Positions 20,752 to 34,407 are shown, counted from the first letter of the stretch. The stretch is DNA of 64,000 nucleotides from Acidimicrobiales bacterium (GCA_047974625.1 JBKECK010000016.1:2262-66261), one strand, 5' to 3'. Notes: generated from the sequence alone by a model not told the origin. Program-made: numbers and translations.

Positions 20752-21212
20752 CCCGTCGAGTATCGGTCACCGAACCGGGAACCGACGCGCTTGATCGGGT
20801 ATGGCGATCGAACCCATCCACCACTTGACCCCATCGGCCGTGACATCGTTGGCCTTAACTATCAGGGCCCAGCAACGACATCCGGTTCGTTGTGACGCGA
20901 CGGCACGACAGGCGGCTGCGAGTGGCGACTCCTACTCTCCTCGGGTCCCGTACCGCAAAATCTGAGCGAAAACGGCAAAAAGTGACCTATGTCACTTCCC
21001 TGTGGGAATCAGCCATACTAAAACAGGTGTTTGGTCCTGTAGCGCTCCTCAATCCCGCCCGGACGCTCGCTCACCCACAGATCCAGCTGATTTCGGATCC
21101 CGAATGATCAACACGTCTGGCTCCAGCTGAGTGTAGCAAGACCAACGCTATAGGGAAAACTTCCCTTTTGGCCCCATGCCCCGCAAGCACGCAACGCAGA
21201 GAAGCACGCCCC

Positions 21213-22052
21213 ATGAGTGATTCCGTAGGACAGTACCTGAACGAGATCGGCCTGGTCCCCCTCCTCACCGCCGATGAGGAGCGCGAGCTGAGCCAGATCA
21301 TTGAGAAGGGCCGCGAGGCCCAAGAGTTCATCGACGCTGGTGAGAACACTGCTGCCAACAAGCGAGCCGTACGCAACGCGGCCCGCGCCAAGGACCGGTT
21401 CATCCGAGCCAACCTTCGACTGGTGGTCAGCGTTGCTCGCCGTTACCCGCTTCCGCCCTCGATGGAGTTGCTCGATCTGATCCAGGAAGGAAATCTGGGT
21501 CTCGAGCACGCAGTCGACAAGTTCGACTGGCGCAAGGGCTTCAAATTCTCCACCTACGCCACGTTCTGGATCCGTCAGGCCATCGGCCGGGCCCTAGACC
21601 AGAAGGCCAGCCTGGTTCGGCTGCCCGGCGATCGGTCGGCCAGCCTCCGGGCGGCCCTCCGGCAGGTGTCCGGCGACGGCGACGAGCTCGACGACGAGCA
21701 CGCCCGGCTCCACCGCCTCACCACCCCGACCGCCCTCGATCGGACCATCGGAGACGATGACTCCAACGAGCTGGTCGACCTCCTCCCCGACTCCACCCCG
21801 GGCCCCGAGTTCGAGGTGATGGCCAAGGCCGAGGAGTCCATGGTCACCGGCCTGCTCGACGTGCTCGACCCCCGGGCCAAGTACGCGGTCGAGCAGCGGT
21901 TCGGCCTCAACGACGGCCGTAAGCGGTCCTATCGTGAGGTTGGCGAGGAGCTCGGTGTAACCGCCGAGGCCGCCCGCCGTCTGGTCAAGCGGGCCGTGAG
22001 CGCGGTTCGGGACCAGGCCGGTGACGTGATGAGCGACTTCGACGCCGCCTGA
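21213..22052 (+). CDS. Sigma-70 family (RpoD/SigB-like) sigma factor
   Basis: YLNEIG..PLL, ANLRLVVSVARRY, DLIQEGNLGL, KGFKFSTYATFWIRQAI, region 4 RFGL...YREVG. Confidence 0.92.
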   Translation: MSDSVGQYLNEIGLVPLLTADEERELSQIIEKGREAQEFIDAGENTAANKRAVRNAARAKDRFIRANLRLVVSVARRYPLPPSMELLDLIQEGNLGLEHAVDKFDWRKGFKFSTYATFWIRQAIGRALDQKASLVRLPGDRSASLRAALRQVSGDGDELDDEHARLHRLTTPTALDRTIGDDDSNELVDLLPDSTPGPEFEVMAKAEESMVTGLLDVLDPRAKYAVEQRFGLNDGRKRSYREVGEELGVTAEAARRLVKRAVSAVRDQAGDVMSDFDAA

Positions 22053-22114
22053 TTGCGCCGCCGCCCCCGTTGCCGGGGAGCGGCCCGAACCGACGAGTTC
22101 GTGTGTGAATGAAT

Positions 22115-22158
22115 GCTTGTGGGGAGCTGGCACCAACCGGCTCCCCACAAGCCGTTTT
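22115..22158 (+). terminator. Intrinsic terminator-like hairpin
   Basis: GCTTGTGGGGAGC...GCTCCCCACAAGC 13-bp IR followed by CGTTTT, after the sigma gene. Confidence 0.7.
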
Positions 22159-22206
22159 CCGCCTGGTGGCGAAACTGCGTTGCCACCGGTCACGCGACGC
22201 CACACA

Positions 22207-23589
22207 ATGAACGCCGTGACCGAGAGCCAAGCGCCCCCCACCCCCTCCCCCACCGATTGGAACCCCGGGACGTGGCGTTCGTACACCGCGGCCCAGCAGC
22301 CCACTTGGCCCGACCAAGACGACCTCCAGCGGGTCGAGAAGGAACTGACCACCCTCCCCCCGCTGGTGTTCGCCGGCGAAGCCCGGGACCTCCGTGAACG
22401 GTTGGCGGCAGTGGCGAGGGGCGAGGCCTTCCTGCTCCAGGCCGGCGATTGTGCCGAGTCGTTCGACGGCTTCGGGGCCGACGCCATCCGGGACCGGCTG
22501 CGGGTCATCCTGCAGATGGCCGTCATCCTCACCTACTCATCGGGGGTCCCCGCCGTCAAGGTCGGACGGATCGCCGGCCAGTTCGCCAAGCCCCGTTCCA
22601 AACCCACCGAGACCGTGGACGGCACGGAACTGCCGTCCTTCCTCGGCCACATGGTCAACGACCTGCCGTTCTCCTCAGGAGACCGAACCCCGCAGCCCGA
22701 CCGGTTGCTGCGGGCCTACCACCAGTCGGCGTCCACCCTAAACCTGCTGCGGGCCTTCACCAAGGGCGGTTTCGCCGACCTAAACCGGGTCCAGGCCTGG
22801 AATCAGGAGTTCGTCGCCTCCTCCGCCGAGGGTCAGCGCTACGCCACCCTGGCCCGCGAGATCGACCAGGCCCTGCGGTTCATGGAGGCGGCCGGGGTGT
22901 CGGCCAACGACCCCGCCATCCATGAGGCCGACTTCTACACCAGCCACGAGGCCCTCATCCTCCAGTACGAGGAGGCCCTCACCCGGCGGGACAGCCTCAC
23001 CAACGACTGGTACGACTGCTCGGCCCACATGCTCTGGATCGGTGAACGGACCCGCCAGCTCGACGGGGCCCACGTCGAGTTCCTCCGCGGCGTCGGCAAC
23101 CCGCTCGGCTGCAAGATCGGCCCCACCGCCACCGCGGCGGAGGTGGTGGAGCTGTGCGGCCAGCTGGACCCGAACCGTGAGGGGGGCCGCTTGACCCTGA
23201 TCTCCCGGATGGGGGCCGAGAAGGTGACCGACGTCCTGCCCGGACTGGTCGAGGCCGTGCGCGACGCCGGCCACCCCGTGGTCTGGGCCTGCGACCCGAT
23301 GCACGGCAACACCTTCACCTCCGAGACGGGCCACAAGACCCGCCACCTGGAGGACGTCCTCGCCGAGGTGGCCGCCTTCTTCGCCGTCCACCGACGGACC
23401 GGGTCGTGGCCGGGCGGGATCCACATCGAGCTCACCGGTGATGATGTCACCGAGTGCCTCGGCGGGGGTGACGCCATCGTGGCTGAGGATCTGGCCAAAC
23501 GGTACGAGACGATGTGCGACCCCCGCCTGAACGGCCGTCAGAGCCTCGACCTGGCCTTCCGGGTGGCCGAACTCCTCCAGGCCGACTGA
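22207..23589 (+). CDS. Class II DAHP synthase
   Basis: LLQAGDCAESF, GRIAGQFAKPRS, WIGERTRQ, CDPMHGNT, CDPRLN. Confidence 0.95.
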   Translation: MNAVTESQAPPTPSPTDWNPGTWRSYTAAQQPTWPDQDDLQRVEKELTTLPPLVFAGEARDLRERLAAVARGEAFLLQAGDCAESFDGFGADAIRDRLRVILQMAVILTYSSGVPAVKVGRIAGQFAKPRSKPTETVDGTELPSFLGHMVNDLPFSSGDRTPQPDRLLRAYHQSASTLNLLRAFTKGGFADLNRVQAWNQEFVASSAEGQRYATLAREIDQALRFMEAAGVSANDPAIHEADFYTSHEALILQYEEALTRRDSLTNDWYDCSAHMLWIGERTRQLDGAHVEFLRGVGNPLGCKIGPTATAAEVVELCGQLDPNREGGRLTLISRMGAEKVTDVLPGLVEAVRDAGHPVVWACDPMHGNTFTSETGHKTRHLEDVLAEVAAFFAVHRRTGSWPGGIHIELTGDDVTECLGGGDAIVAEDLAKRYETMCDPRLNGRQSLDLAFRVAELLQAD

Positions 23590-23614
23590 TTCCCGGCCCA
23601 GGGCCGGGAATCAG

Positions 23615-24052
23615 TCAGTCCAGTCGGCCCCGGGCGATCACCTGGCCCGGGGAGGCGGGGTCGTCCCCGTCGTTCCCCACGGTGATCTCCACCAGGTTGA
23701 ACCGGTCGGCATCGATCCGGCCGACCGGGAGGCCGGCCCGCCCGTCGACGGGCCCGAGCCGGCGGTGTTCAGACCCGTCCCGCGAACTCAACCAGACGTC
23801 GTAGACCGCCCCCACCGCGGCGGGGGGCAGGTCGACCACCACGTCGAGGGCCCCGTCGATCAGGGTGGCGTGCCCGATCGGGTCGGCCCCCGGGTCATCG
23901 GTCGGGGTGAGCACGGCGGCCCGCACCGGCGACACCTCCTCAGGCAGCATCCGCCCGGCCAAGAGCAGGGGCAGGCCAACCAGGCCGACGGAGGCGATGA
24001 CGGCCACCGCCACCGCGGCCCGCCTCCCGCGTGAGGTGGAAGCCGACCCCAC
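23615..24052 (-). CDS. Membrane-anchored anti-sigma (RskA-like) or hypothetical protein
   Basis: N-terminal TM; GAVYDVWL...LGP...VEITV...G.VIARGRL. Confidence 0.5.
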   Translation of the reverse strand: MGSASTSRGRRAAVAVAVIASVGLVGLPLLLAGRMLPEEVSPVRAAVLTPTDDPGADPIGHATLIDGALDVVVDLPPAAVGAVYDVWLSSRDGSEHRRLGPVDGRAGLPVGRIDADRFNLVEITVGNDGDDPASPGQVIARGRLD

Positions 24053-24059
24053 CGGTCCC

Positions 24060-25550
24060 TCAGACGAGGTTGTCCACGAACCGTTCGAGCTGGCGGAGGT
24101 TGCGGACCTCGAAGGTGCCGTCGCAGTGGGCGCCGTACTCACCGACGATCGAATCGCCGGTGTCCCAGTAGGCGGCCGGTTCGGGGTTGAGCCAGAACAG
24201 TTTGCGGGCCCGCTTCGAGATCTCCTTGGTGATCCAGGCCTGCGAGGCGTGGTAGTTGTTGCGGGCGTCACCCAGGATCAGGACCGTCGTCTTCGGGCCG
24301 ACGTCGTTGCCGTACTGCTCCCAGAATACCTCTAGGGCGTGGCCGTAGTCGGAGTGCCCGTCCACCCACACCACATCGGCCTCGGTGTTGACCCGGTGGA
24401 TGGCTTCGGTGATGTCGTCCACCCCCTCGAAGTACTCGGTCACCTCGTCGAGACCATCGATGAACACGAACGCCCGGACCCGGCTGAACTGGCTGGAGAT
24501 GGCGTACACCAGGTGGAGGGTGAACCGGGCGAACGCCGCCACCGAACCGGAGATGTCGGCGATCACGAAGATCTCCGGCTTGGCCGGTTTCGGGTACTTG
24601 AAGCGGGGCTCGGCCGGTACCCCGCCGTAGCTGAGGGAGTGCCGGACGGTGGAACGGAAATCGAGCGGGCCTCGGCGCTTGTGCTTGCGTTTCCGGGCCA
24701 GGCGGACCGCCAATTTCCGGGTCAGGGGGTAGATGGCCCGCCGGAGGTTCGTCATCTCCTCCCGGCTGGCGTGCATGAAGTCGACGTCCTCGGGGAGGGG
24801 TTTTCGGAGCGTCTTGGCCATGGCCTCGGCCCCCCGGTCGGCCACCAGACGGCGCCGGATCTCGGCTTCGATCTCCTTGCGGAGCTTGTCGATCCGGGAC
24901 TCGTACTCGTCACGCTCCAGACGCTCCTGGAACGGGGTCAGGTCCTCGTCGGCCTGGCGGGCCTGCTCCATGAGGCGTTCCAGCACCCCGTCGAGGTCCA
25001 GGTTCCGCAGGGTCCGGTAGAGGTAGTAGGTGCCGCCGACGGGCCGGCCCGGTTCCATGCCGGCGAACCGCTTTACGGCCTGGCGGGCGATGGCCCGCAT
25101 CAGGGTGTCGTCACCCCGCAACAGGGCCTGGTAGAGCAGTTCGGCCAGGTCCTCGGGGGTGAGGCCGTCACCACCTCCCTGGCCGCCGTCACCCTGGTTG
25201 CCTTCCTGGTTCTCACTGGCCTCCGGGTCGAAATCCAGATCGCCGTTCTCGCCGTCGGCGTCGTTGCCGATGGCGTACTCGGTACCCCGTAGTGAGAAGT
25301 AGACCTCGAACAGGGTCTCGAACGTCTTCCAATGGTTGTTGTTCTTGACCAGGGTGGCCGCCAGGGCGTACTTGAACGCGTTGCGGTCCTCCAAGGGGAT
25401 GTGGCGCACCGCCTCGGCCGCGTCGATGTTCTCCGACAGCGACACCGGCAGGCCAGCGGTGCGCAACTCCTGGACGAACCCCTCTATCAGGTCGAACAGG
25501 GGCCGCTCGGCGGCGGGGGCGGCGCCGTCCGCGGTGGCGCTGGTGCTCAC
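24060..25550 (-). CDS. VWA/CoxE-like protein
   Basis: ADISGSV MIDAS motif, GHSDYG, LILGDARNN, FWLNPEP. Confidence 0.9.
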   Translation of the reverse strand: MSTSATADGAAPAAERPLFDLIEGFVQELRTAGLPVSLSENIDAAEAVRHIPLEDRNAFKYALAATLVKNNNHWKTFETLFEVYFSLRGTEYAIGNDADGENGDLDFDPEASENQEGNQGDGGQGGGDGLTPEDLAELLYQALLRGDDTLMRAIARQAVKRFAGMEPGRPVGGTYYLYRTLRNLDLDGVLERLMEQARQADEDLTPFQERLERDEYESRIDKLRKEIEAEIRRRLVADRGAEAMAKTLRKPLPEDVDFMHASREEMTNLRRAIYPLTRKLAVRLARKRKHKRRGPLDFRSTVRHSLSYGGVPAEPRFKYPKPAKPEIFVIADISGSVAAFARFTLHLVYAISSQFSRVRAFVFIDGLDEVTEYFEGVDDITEAIHRVNTEADVVWVDGHSDYGHALEVFWEQYGNDVGPKTTVLILGDARNNYHASQAWITKEISKRARKLFWLNPEPAAYWDTGDSIVGEYGAHCDGTFEVRNLRQLERFVDNLV

Positions 25551-26443
25551 GACGGCGTGGCCGCCTCGAAGTGGGCTGCGGAGTTGGCCGAGAACTCCTT
25601 GATGGCCTTGTCGATGTCGGACCGATACTTGAGCAGGATGTTGACCGTGTCGACAGCCTGCCGCTCGTCGATCTGGTCGATCCCCAGCAGCACCAGGGTG
25701 CGGGCCCAATCAAGGGTCTCCGACACCGACGGAGCCTTCTTGAGCTCGAGCTGGCGAACCGACCGGACGATCCGGGCCACCTGGTCGGCCAGGTTGTCGC
25801 TGATGTCGGGCACCTTGGTGAGCACGATCTCCTTCTCGCGGTCCATCTCCGGGTAGTCGAGGTGGAGGAACAGGCAGCGCCGCTTCAGGGCCTCGGACAG
25901 CTCACGGGTGTTGTTGGAGGTGAGGAAGACCAGGGGAATCTGCTTCGCCTCGATCGTGCCCAGCTCGGGGATCGATACCTGGTAGTCCGACAGGATCTCC
26001 AGCAGCAGGGCCTCGGTTTCCAGCTCGACCCGGTCCACCTCGTCGATCAGGAGGACCACCGGGTCGTCAGCGGTGATGGCCTCGAGCAGGGGCCGGGTGA
26101 GCAGGAACTCGTCGGAGAAGATGTCGTCCTGGATCTCGGTCCAGCTGGCGTCGTCGCTCTCGGCCTGGATCCGCAACAGCTGCTTCTTGTAGTTCCACTC
26201 GTAGAGGGCCTTGGACTCGTCGAGGCCCTCGTAGCACTGGAGGCGGATCAGCCGGGAACCCGTCATCTCGGCCACCGACTTGGCCAGCTGGGTCTTACCG
26301 GTTCCGGCCGGTCCCTCGATGAGGACGGGCTTACCCAGCCGGTCGGCAAGGTAGGCGACCCCGGCGATCGAATCGTCAGCCAGGTAGTCGACCTGTGCGA
26401 GGCCCTGACGGACGGCATCGACGGACTCAAAGCGGTGGCTCAT
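25547..26443 (-). CDS. MoxR/CoxD-family AAA+ ATPase
   Basis: EGPAGTGKT, RLQCYEGLD, LLIDEVDR, LSEALKRRC. Confidence 0.92.
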   Translation of the reverse strand: MSHRFESVDAVRQGLAQVDYLADDSIAGVAYLADRLGKPVLIEGPAGTGKTQLAKSVAEMTGSRLIRLQCYEGLDESKALYEWNYKKQLLRIQAESDDASWTEIQDDIFSDEFLLTRPLLEAITADDPVVLLIDEVDRVELETEALLLEILSDYQVSIPELGTIEAKQIPLVFLTSNNTRELSEALKRRCLFLHLDYPEMDREKEIVLTKVPDISDNLADQVARIVRSVRQLELKKAPSVSETLDWARTLVLLGIDQIDERQAVDTVNILLKYRSDIDKAIKEFSANSAAHFEAATPS

Positions 26444-26513
26444 GGTCGACACCGTACAAGACGGTGCATCCCGACGGTCAATACGAATAGGCACGGCACT
26501 AGCCTCGGCGCTG

Positions 26514-27971
26514 ATGGATCGCGGGTTGACCACTGCCGTGGACGCCTTCGTCGACGCGGTCGGCGGTGCCCTCGTGGAGGCCGCGGCCGGTACGTCGGTG
26601 GATCAGGACCAGCTCCGGCGGGACGCCCTGCTGGAGGCGTTCTCCCTGTGCTGCGCCCTGATCGACGCCGACGGTCGCCACACCGACGACGAGCTGTGGG
26701 CCCTGGTGGCCGCCTTCACCCACCTCGGCCACATTCCCGGGGCCACCACGCCGGCCACGATCCGGGAGAACGGGCTCGTGGCCGGGAAGCGGACCTGGCT
26801 CAACACCCCGTCGGAGCTGCTACTCACCCTGGTGGAGGTGGACGCCCGGCGGCACACCACCCTGGCCCGCCGCTACTACGACGCGGCCATGGCCCTGGCC
26901 CACACGGTGGCCTCGCTCGACGCCTATCCGGCGGAATCGGAGTTGGAGGCCATCGACGCCTACCGCCGCCTGGTGATGGCCTCGCTGCCCACCGGGCGGC
27001 CCGGGGCACCGGGAACCCAGGCTCCGGCCGGCCGAGCCGACCCCGCCCCGGCCGACGCGGCCGATGGGGCGGCGGCCGACCCCGAGCCCGACCCGCCGGC
27101 CGAGCCGATCGACGACCTCCTGGCCGAGCTGGACCGTCTCATCGGGCTGGATCCGGTGAAGCGGGAGGTGCGCCTGCTCACCGCCCTCCTCCGGGTCCAG
27201 CAGCTGCGCCAGGAGCGGGGCCTGCCGGTGGTTGACAAGACAAACCACCTGATCTTCAGCGGCAACCCGGGCACCGGGAAGACCACCGTGGCCCGGCTCC
27301 TGGCCCGCATCTACCGGAGCCTGGGGGTGGTGAGCCGGGGTCACCTGACCGAGGTGGACCGCAGTGGCCTGGTGGTCGGCTTCGTCGGCCAGACCGCCAC
27401 CCGGGTGGCTGAGGTGTTCGAGGCCGCCGACGGTGGGGTCCTGCTGATCGACGAGGCCTACTCCCTGACCCGGGGTGGGGAACGGGACTTCGGTCGGGAA
27501 GCCATCGACGCGGTGGTGAAGCAGGTGGAGGACCGCCGCCGGACGATGGTGGTGATCCTGGCCGGTTATCCGGCCGAGATGGCCGATCTGGTGGCCACCA
27601 ATCCGGGCTTCCAGAGCCGGTTCCCGAAGACCATCCTCTTCCCCGACTACAGCGACACCGAGCTGGTCCTGATCCTGGACCGGATCGCCGAGGGCTCCGC
27701 CTACCGTCTGACCGACGAGGCCGACGAGGCGGCCGCCGCCTGGTTCGGCTGTCACCCCCGGGGCCCGGGGTTCGGCAACGGGCGCCTGGCCCGGAACCTG
27801 TTCGAGGCCGCCGTGGCCAACCACGCCACCCGGCTGGTGGATATCGAGAACCCCACCGACGTCCAGCTCACCACCCTGGAAGCCGTCGACATCGCCCCCG
27901 TTCCCACCGGCGCCGGCGACACGCCCCCGAACGCCGGCGCCCTGGCCGAGGAACCGACGCCGCCGCGATGA
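26514..27971 (+). CDS. CbbX/SpoVK-type AAA+ ATPase with N-terminal TerB-like domain
   Basis: LIGLDPVK, GNPGTGKTTVAR, VLLIDEAY, VILAGY, NPGFQSRF, FGNGR. Confidence 0.85.
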   Translation: MDRGLTTAVDAFVDAVGGALVEAAAGTSVDQDQLRRDALLEAFSLCCALIDADGRHTDDELWALVAAFTHLGHIPGATTPATIRENGLVAGKRTWLNTPSELLLTLVEVDARRHTTLARRYYDAAMALAHTVASLDAYPAESELEAIDAYRRLVMASLPTGRPGAPGTQAPAGRADPAPADAADGAAADPEPDPPAEPIDDLLAELDRLIGLDPVKREVRLLTALLRVQQLRQERGLPVVDKTNHLIFSGNPGTGKTTVARLLARIYRSLGVVSRGHLTEVDRSGLVVGFVGQTATRVAEVFEAADGGVLLIDEAYSLTRGGERDFGREAIDAVVKQVEDRRRTMVVILAGYPAEMADLVATNPGFQSRFPKTILFPDYSDTELVLILDRIAEGSAYRLTDEADEAAAAWFGCHPRGPGFGNGRLARNLFEAAVANHATRLVDIENPTDVQLTTLEAVDIAPVPTGAGDTPPNAGALAEEPTPPR

Positions 27972-28024
27972 GGCCCCGGGCCTAAACGCACCATGACACC
28001 GCGAAGCCGACACCGCCCCGCGAT

Positions 28025-28082
28025 GAGGCCTCGTACGAAGAGCCAACAACACAGAGGCCTCGGACGAAGAGCCAACAACACA
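28025..28082. repeat. 29-bp tandem repeat x2
   Basis: GAGGCCTCG(T/G)ACGAAGAGCCAACAACACA twice, one mismatch. Confidence 0.85.
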
Positions 28083-28177
28083 GCAGGTTTCGGCCGTGCG
28101 TCGGGCTGATTCCCGCCCCTGGGGACTAGTTCCGGGTGTACGGGGTCGTGACCTCGTCCGGGGGTAGCATTCGACCC

Positions 28178-28990
28178 ATGTTCAAGTTGCTGAGGCGTTG
28201 GTGGAACTACCTGGTGGCTCGGGGCGAGTCCAGCTTCAACGAGCGCGCCGACCCGAAGATCCAGCTTGAACAGGCGATCAACGAGGCCAACCAGCAGCAC
28301 CGCCAGCTGAAGGAGCAGGCGGCCAACGTCATCGCCCACCAGAAGCAGACCGAGATCCGCCTCAACCGGGCCATGGAGGAGTACGAGAAGGTCTCCGGGA
28401 ACGCCCGCCAAGCGGTGATGATGGCCGACGACGCCCAGAAGAAGGGCGACCAGGAGAAGATGGCCCAGTACACGACGGCGGCGGAGTCCTTCGCCAACCG
28501 GATGGTGGCCCTGGAGCAAGAGGTCGAGGACCTGAAGGCCCTGCACCTGCAGGCTTCGCAGGCGGCCGAGCAGGCGAAGCAGGCCGTCAACCAGAACTCG
28601 GCGGCGCTGCAGAAGAAGCTGTCGGAGCGCCAGAAGCTCCTGTCCCAGCTCGACCAGGCCAAGATGCAGGAGCAGCTCAACTCGGCCATGTCGTCGCTGT
28701 CGGAGCGGGTCGGCGAGGAGGTCCCCACCTTCGAGGAGGTGCGGGAGAAGGTGGAGAGCCGTTACGCCAAGGCCAAGGGCGCCTCGGAACTGGCCCAGAA
28801 CTCGGTGGAGGGCCGGATGTTGGAGGTCGAGCAGGCCTCCATGAACGTCGAGGCCCAGGCCCGCCTGAGCGATATCAGGTCGCAGCTCGGCCTGGAGGCC
28901 CCGGCGTCCGAGCCGATGGCGGCGCCCGCGGTCGATCAGCAGGCCTCGGAGCCGGCCGCCCCCCAGACCGACACCAGCACCACCTCCTGA
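28178..28990 (+). CDS. pspA: PspA/IM30 family protein
   Basis: ADPKIQLEQAI, coiled coil, PTFEEVREKVESRYA. Confidence 0.88.
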   Translation: MFKLLRRWWNYLVARGESSFNERADPKIQLEQAINEANQQHRQLKEQAANVIAHQKQTEIRLNRAMEEYEKVSGNARQAVMMADDAQKKGDQEKMAQYTTAAESFANRMVALEQEVEDLKALHLQASQAAEQAKQAVNQNSAALQKKLSERQKLLSQLDQAKMQEQLNSAMSSLSERVGEEVPTFEEVREKVESRYAKAKGASELAQNSVEGRMLEVEQASMNVEAQARLSDIRSQLGLEAPASEPMAAPAVDQQASEPAAPQTDTSTTS

Positions 28991-29013
28991 ACCGCGGTGT
29001 TGCCACCGCCGGA

Positions 29014-30120
29014 TCAGGCGGAGGCGGCCGGCAGCATGACGAGGTCGTCCCGGTGGATGACCTCGTCGGTCAGGTCGTCGGGTACCTCGGAGGTGCGACG
29101 TCCGGCGTGGAGCCCAAGCTGTTCGCTCGACCATCGCACCAGGCCCTTGGCGAACACCTCCCCATCCTGATCGGCCACCTCGACGGCGTCATCGGCGGGG
29201 AACGTCCCCTCGATCTTGCGGATCCCGGCCGGCAGCAGCGAGCTGCTGCGCTCGGTGAGCGCCCGGCGGGCCCCGTCGTCGACGACGATCCGGCCCGTCG
29301 ACCGCAGGGCGAAGGCGATCCACAGTTTCCGGGCCGACAGGCGGGCCGCCCGGGGCCGGAACGTGGTGCCGATCCCGTCCGCCCCGGCCATGGCGTCGTT
29401 GATCACCCGGGGCCGGTCGGCCTGGGCGATGACCGTGGCCACCCCCGACCAGGTGGCGATCTTGGCCGCGGCCAGTTTGGAGGCCATCCCGCCCCGCCCG
29501 GCCGACGAGCCGGGGCCGCCGGCCATCTCCTCGAGCCGCTGGTCGAACTCGATGATCTCCTCGATCAGGGAGGCGTCGGTGTCGGCCCGCGGGTCGGCGG
29601 TGAACAGGCCGGCGGTGTCGGTGAGCAGCACCAACCGGTCGGCGTCGATCAGGTGGGCGACCAGGGCGGCCAGCCGGTCGTTGTCGCCGAAACGAATGTC
29701 GTCGTCGGCCACGGCGTCGTTCTCGTTGATGACCGGGACGGCGCGGTGGGCCAGGAGGGCGGAGATCGTGTCCCGGCTCTTGAGGTACCGGTTCCGGAAC
29801 CAGAAGTCGGTCGGGGCCAGCAGCACCTGGCCGGACACCAGGCCCTCGGCGGCCAGGGCCGCCTGGTAGGTGGCCATGAGGTGGATCTGGCCTACGGCCG
29901 AGGCGGCCCGCAGGATGGCCTCGTCGCGGGGCCGGTCGTGGGGGTCGAACCCGAAGGGTCGCAGCCCGGTGGCGATGGCGGCGCTGGTGACCACCACGAC
30001 CTGGTGGCCGTCGGTGATCGCCCGGGCCACCTCGGCGGCCAGTTTGGACACCGCGGCTCCCCGGAGGGCCCCGTCCTCGGTCACCAGTGACGATGACCCG
30101 ATCTTGACCACTACTCGCAC
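29014..30120 (-). CDS. proB: Glutamate 5-kinase
   Basis: VVKIGSSSL, INENDAV, FGDNDRLAA, GGMASK, PUA domain. Confidence 0.96.
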   Translation of the reverse strand: MRVVVKIGSSSLVTEDGALRGAAVSKLAAEVARAITDGHQVVVVTSAAIATGLRPFGFDPHDRPRDEAILRAASAVGQIHLMATYQAALAAEGLVSGQVLLAPTDFWFRNRYLKSRDTISALLAHRAVPVINENDAVADDDIRFGDNDRLAALVAHLIDADRLVLLTDTAGLFTADPRADTDASLIEEIIEFDQRLEEMAGGPGSSAGRGGMASKLAAAKIATWSGVATVIAQADRPRVINDAMAGADGIGTTFRPRAARLSARKLWIAFALRSTGRIVVDDGARRALTERSSSLLPAGIRKIEGTFPADDAVEVADQDGEVFAKGLVRWSSEQLGLHAGRRTSEVPDDLTDEVIHRDDLVMLPAASA

Positions 30121-30184
30121 CGTTGGTCACCCTCATTCGATCGAAGCCGGGCCGGGGACGGCCGCCCGGGGGTCGCGACCCGGC

Positions 30185-33175
<2,991 letters not shown>

Positions 33176-33179
<4 letters not shown>

Positions 33180-33775
33180 GTGTTGTCCGGCTCGATCCGC
33201 ATCACCGTGGCGTCGGTCATCGTGTGGGTACCGCCGCCGAGAACCTTGGTCAGGTAGGTGCGCCGCACCGTGACCTCGACTCCCACCCAGGCGGTGGCGT
33301 CCGACAACGCCGTGCTGCGGGTCACGGGACACCAGTTCTTGTCGTAGATCCCGCACGTCGTGCCGTTGCTGAAGGCGAGCGGGTCGTTGAGGTGGGTCAG
33401 CGCGGTGCCGTCGTACACATTGCACCGGGCCGTAACGACGGCCCCGGCCACCGCGTTCTCGCACGCCGGCGGCATGGCCCCGTCGATGTCGGCTTGGTAG
33501 ATAACGACCCGTTCGATGACGGCGTCCGACCCGCCCATGGCGGCCTGGACGGCCAGCAACGCCTCCCGGTCGGCGACCGGCTCGTTGCCGAGCTGGGTCA
33601 CCACCCGGGCTCCCTTCTGGCTGGCCTGGGTGAGGACCTGGCGGGAACCCCATCCCGCCCCCACCTCAACCACTCCGAGCACGAGCAAGAGCAGGAGCGA
33701 GGCCACGATGGCGAACTCCACCAGTACCGCCCCCCGCTCGTCGGGCCGGGCCGGGCCCCGGCGCCGGGCCGTCAC
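33176..33775 (-). CDS. TadE-like pseudopilin
   Basis: DERGAVLVEFAIV...LGVVEVG. Confidence 0.85.
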
Positions 33776-34407
33776 TGAACCGGCTCCAGCCGGGTGATGG
33801 CCGTCCGGGCCAGGTCCTTGCCGCCGGGCAGGATCCCGGTGATGAACTCGTGCCTGGTCTTGACGGCGATACCGACGTACTCGGTTCCCCCGGCCAGGGC
33901 GTCGTCACGACTGGTCGGGCACCAGTACCGGTCCACCGAGGTGGGGCCGCACCGGAAGTTGCCAGTGTCGAGGCCGGTGACGGGGTCGTCAAGGTCCTTG
34001 AAGAAGTCGGCCCGCAGGTAGCGATTGCAGGCCGGGGCCGTGGAGTCACCGGGCGGGGCGGCGATGGACCCATTGGCGCAAGCGGCTGGCATGGTGGCCT
34101 CGGGGCCGTCGGCCCGGAACACCACCACGTACTCGACCTGGTCGAGACCGATAGCGCCGAGGCCGTGCTGGACCGACCGGAGGATGAAGAAGTCGGCCTC
34201 CGGTCGGGCCCCGCCGACCGCGGCAGCCCGGGCCGCTTCGGCGGCCCCGTTGTTGGTGGCCAGCAGGGAACGGAACAGGAGGCCGAACTCCAGGATCCCG
34301 AACAGGAGGGCGAAGAACGCGGGGGTGACGATGGCGGCCTCGATCATGGCCGCGCCCCGTTCACGGTGGCGCCTTCGGCGGGCGCCTTCGGTCCCAGTGA
34401 TGTTCAT
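33772..34407 (-). CDS. TadE-like pseudopilin
   Basis: RERGAAMIEAAIV...FGILEFG...AAEAAR. Confidence 0.85.
   Translation of the reverse strand: MNITGTEGARRRRHRERGAAMIEAAIVTPAFFALLFGILEFGLLFRSLLATNNGAAEAARAAAVGGARPEADFFILRSVQHGLGAIGLDQVEYVVVFRADGPEATMPAACANGSIAAPPGDSTAPACNRYLRADFFKDLDDPVTGLDTGNFRCGPTSVDRYWCPTSRDDALAGGTEYVGIAVKTRHEFITGILPGGKDLARTAITRLEPVQ

Noticed and set aside
20752-21212. Long intergenic region as an ncRNA or riboswitch
   Set aside because: No recognisable RNA family motif; likely divergent promoters.
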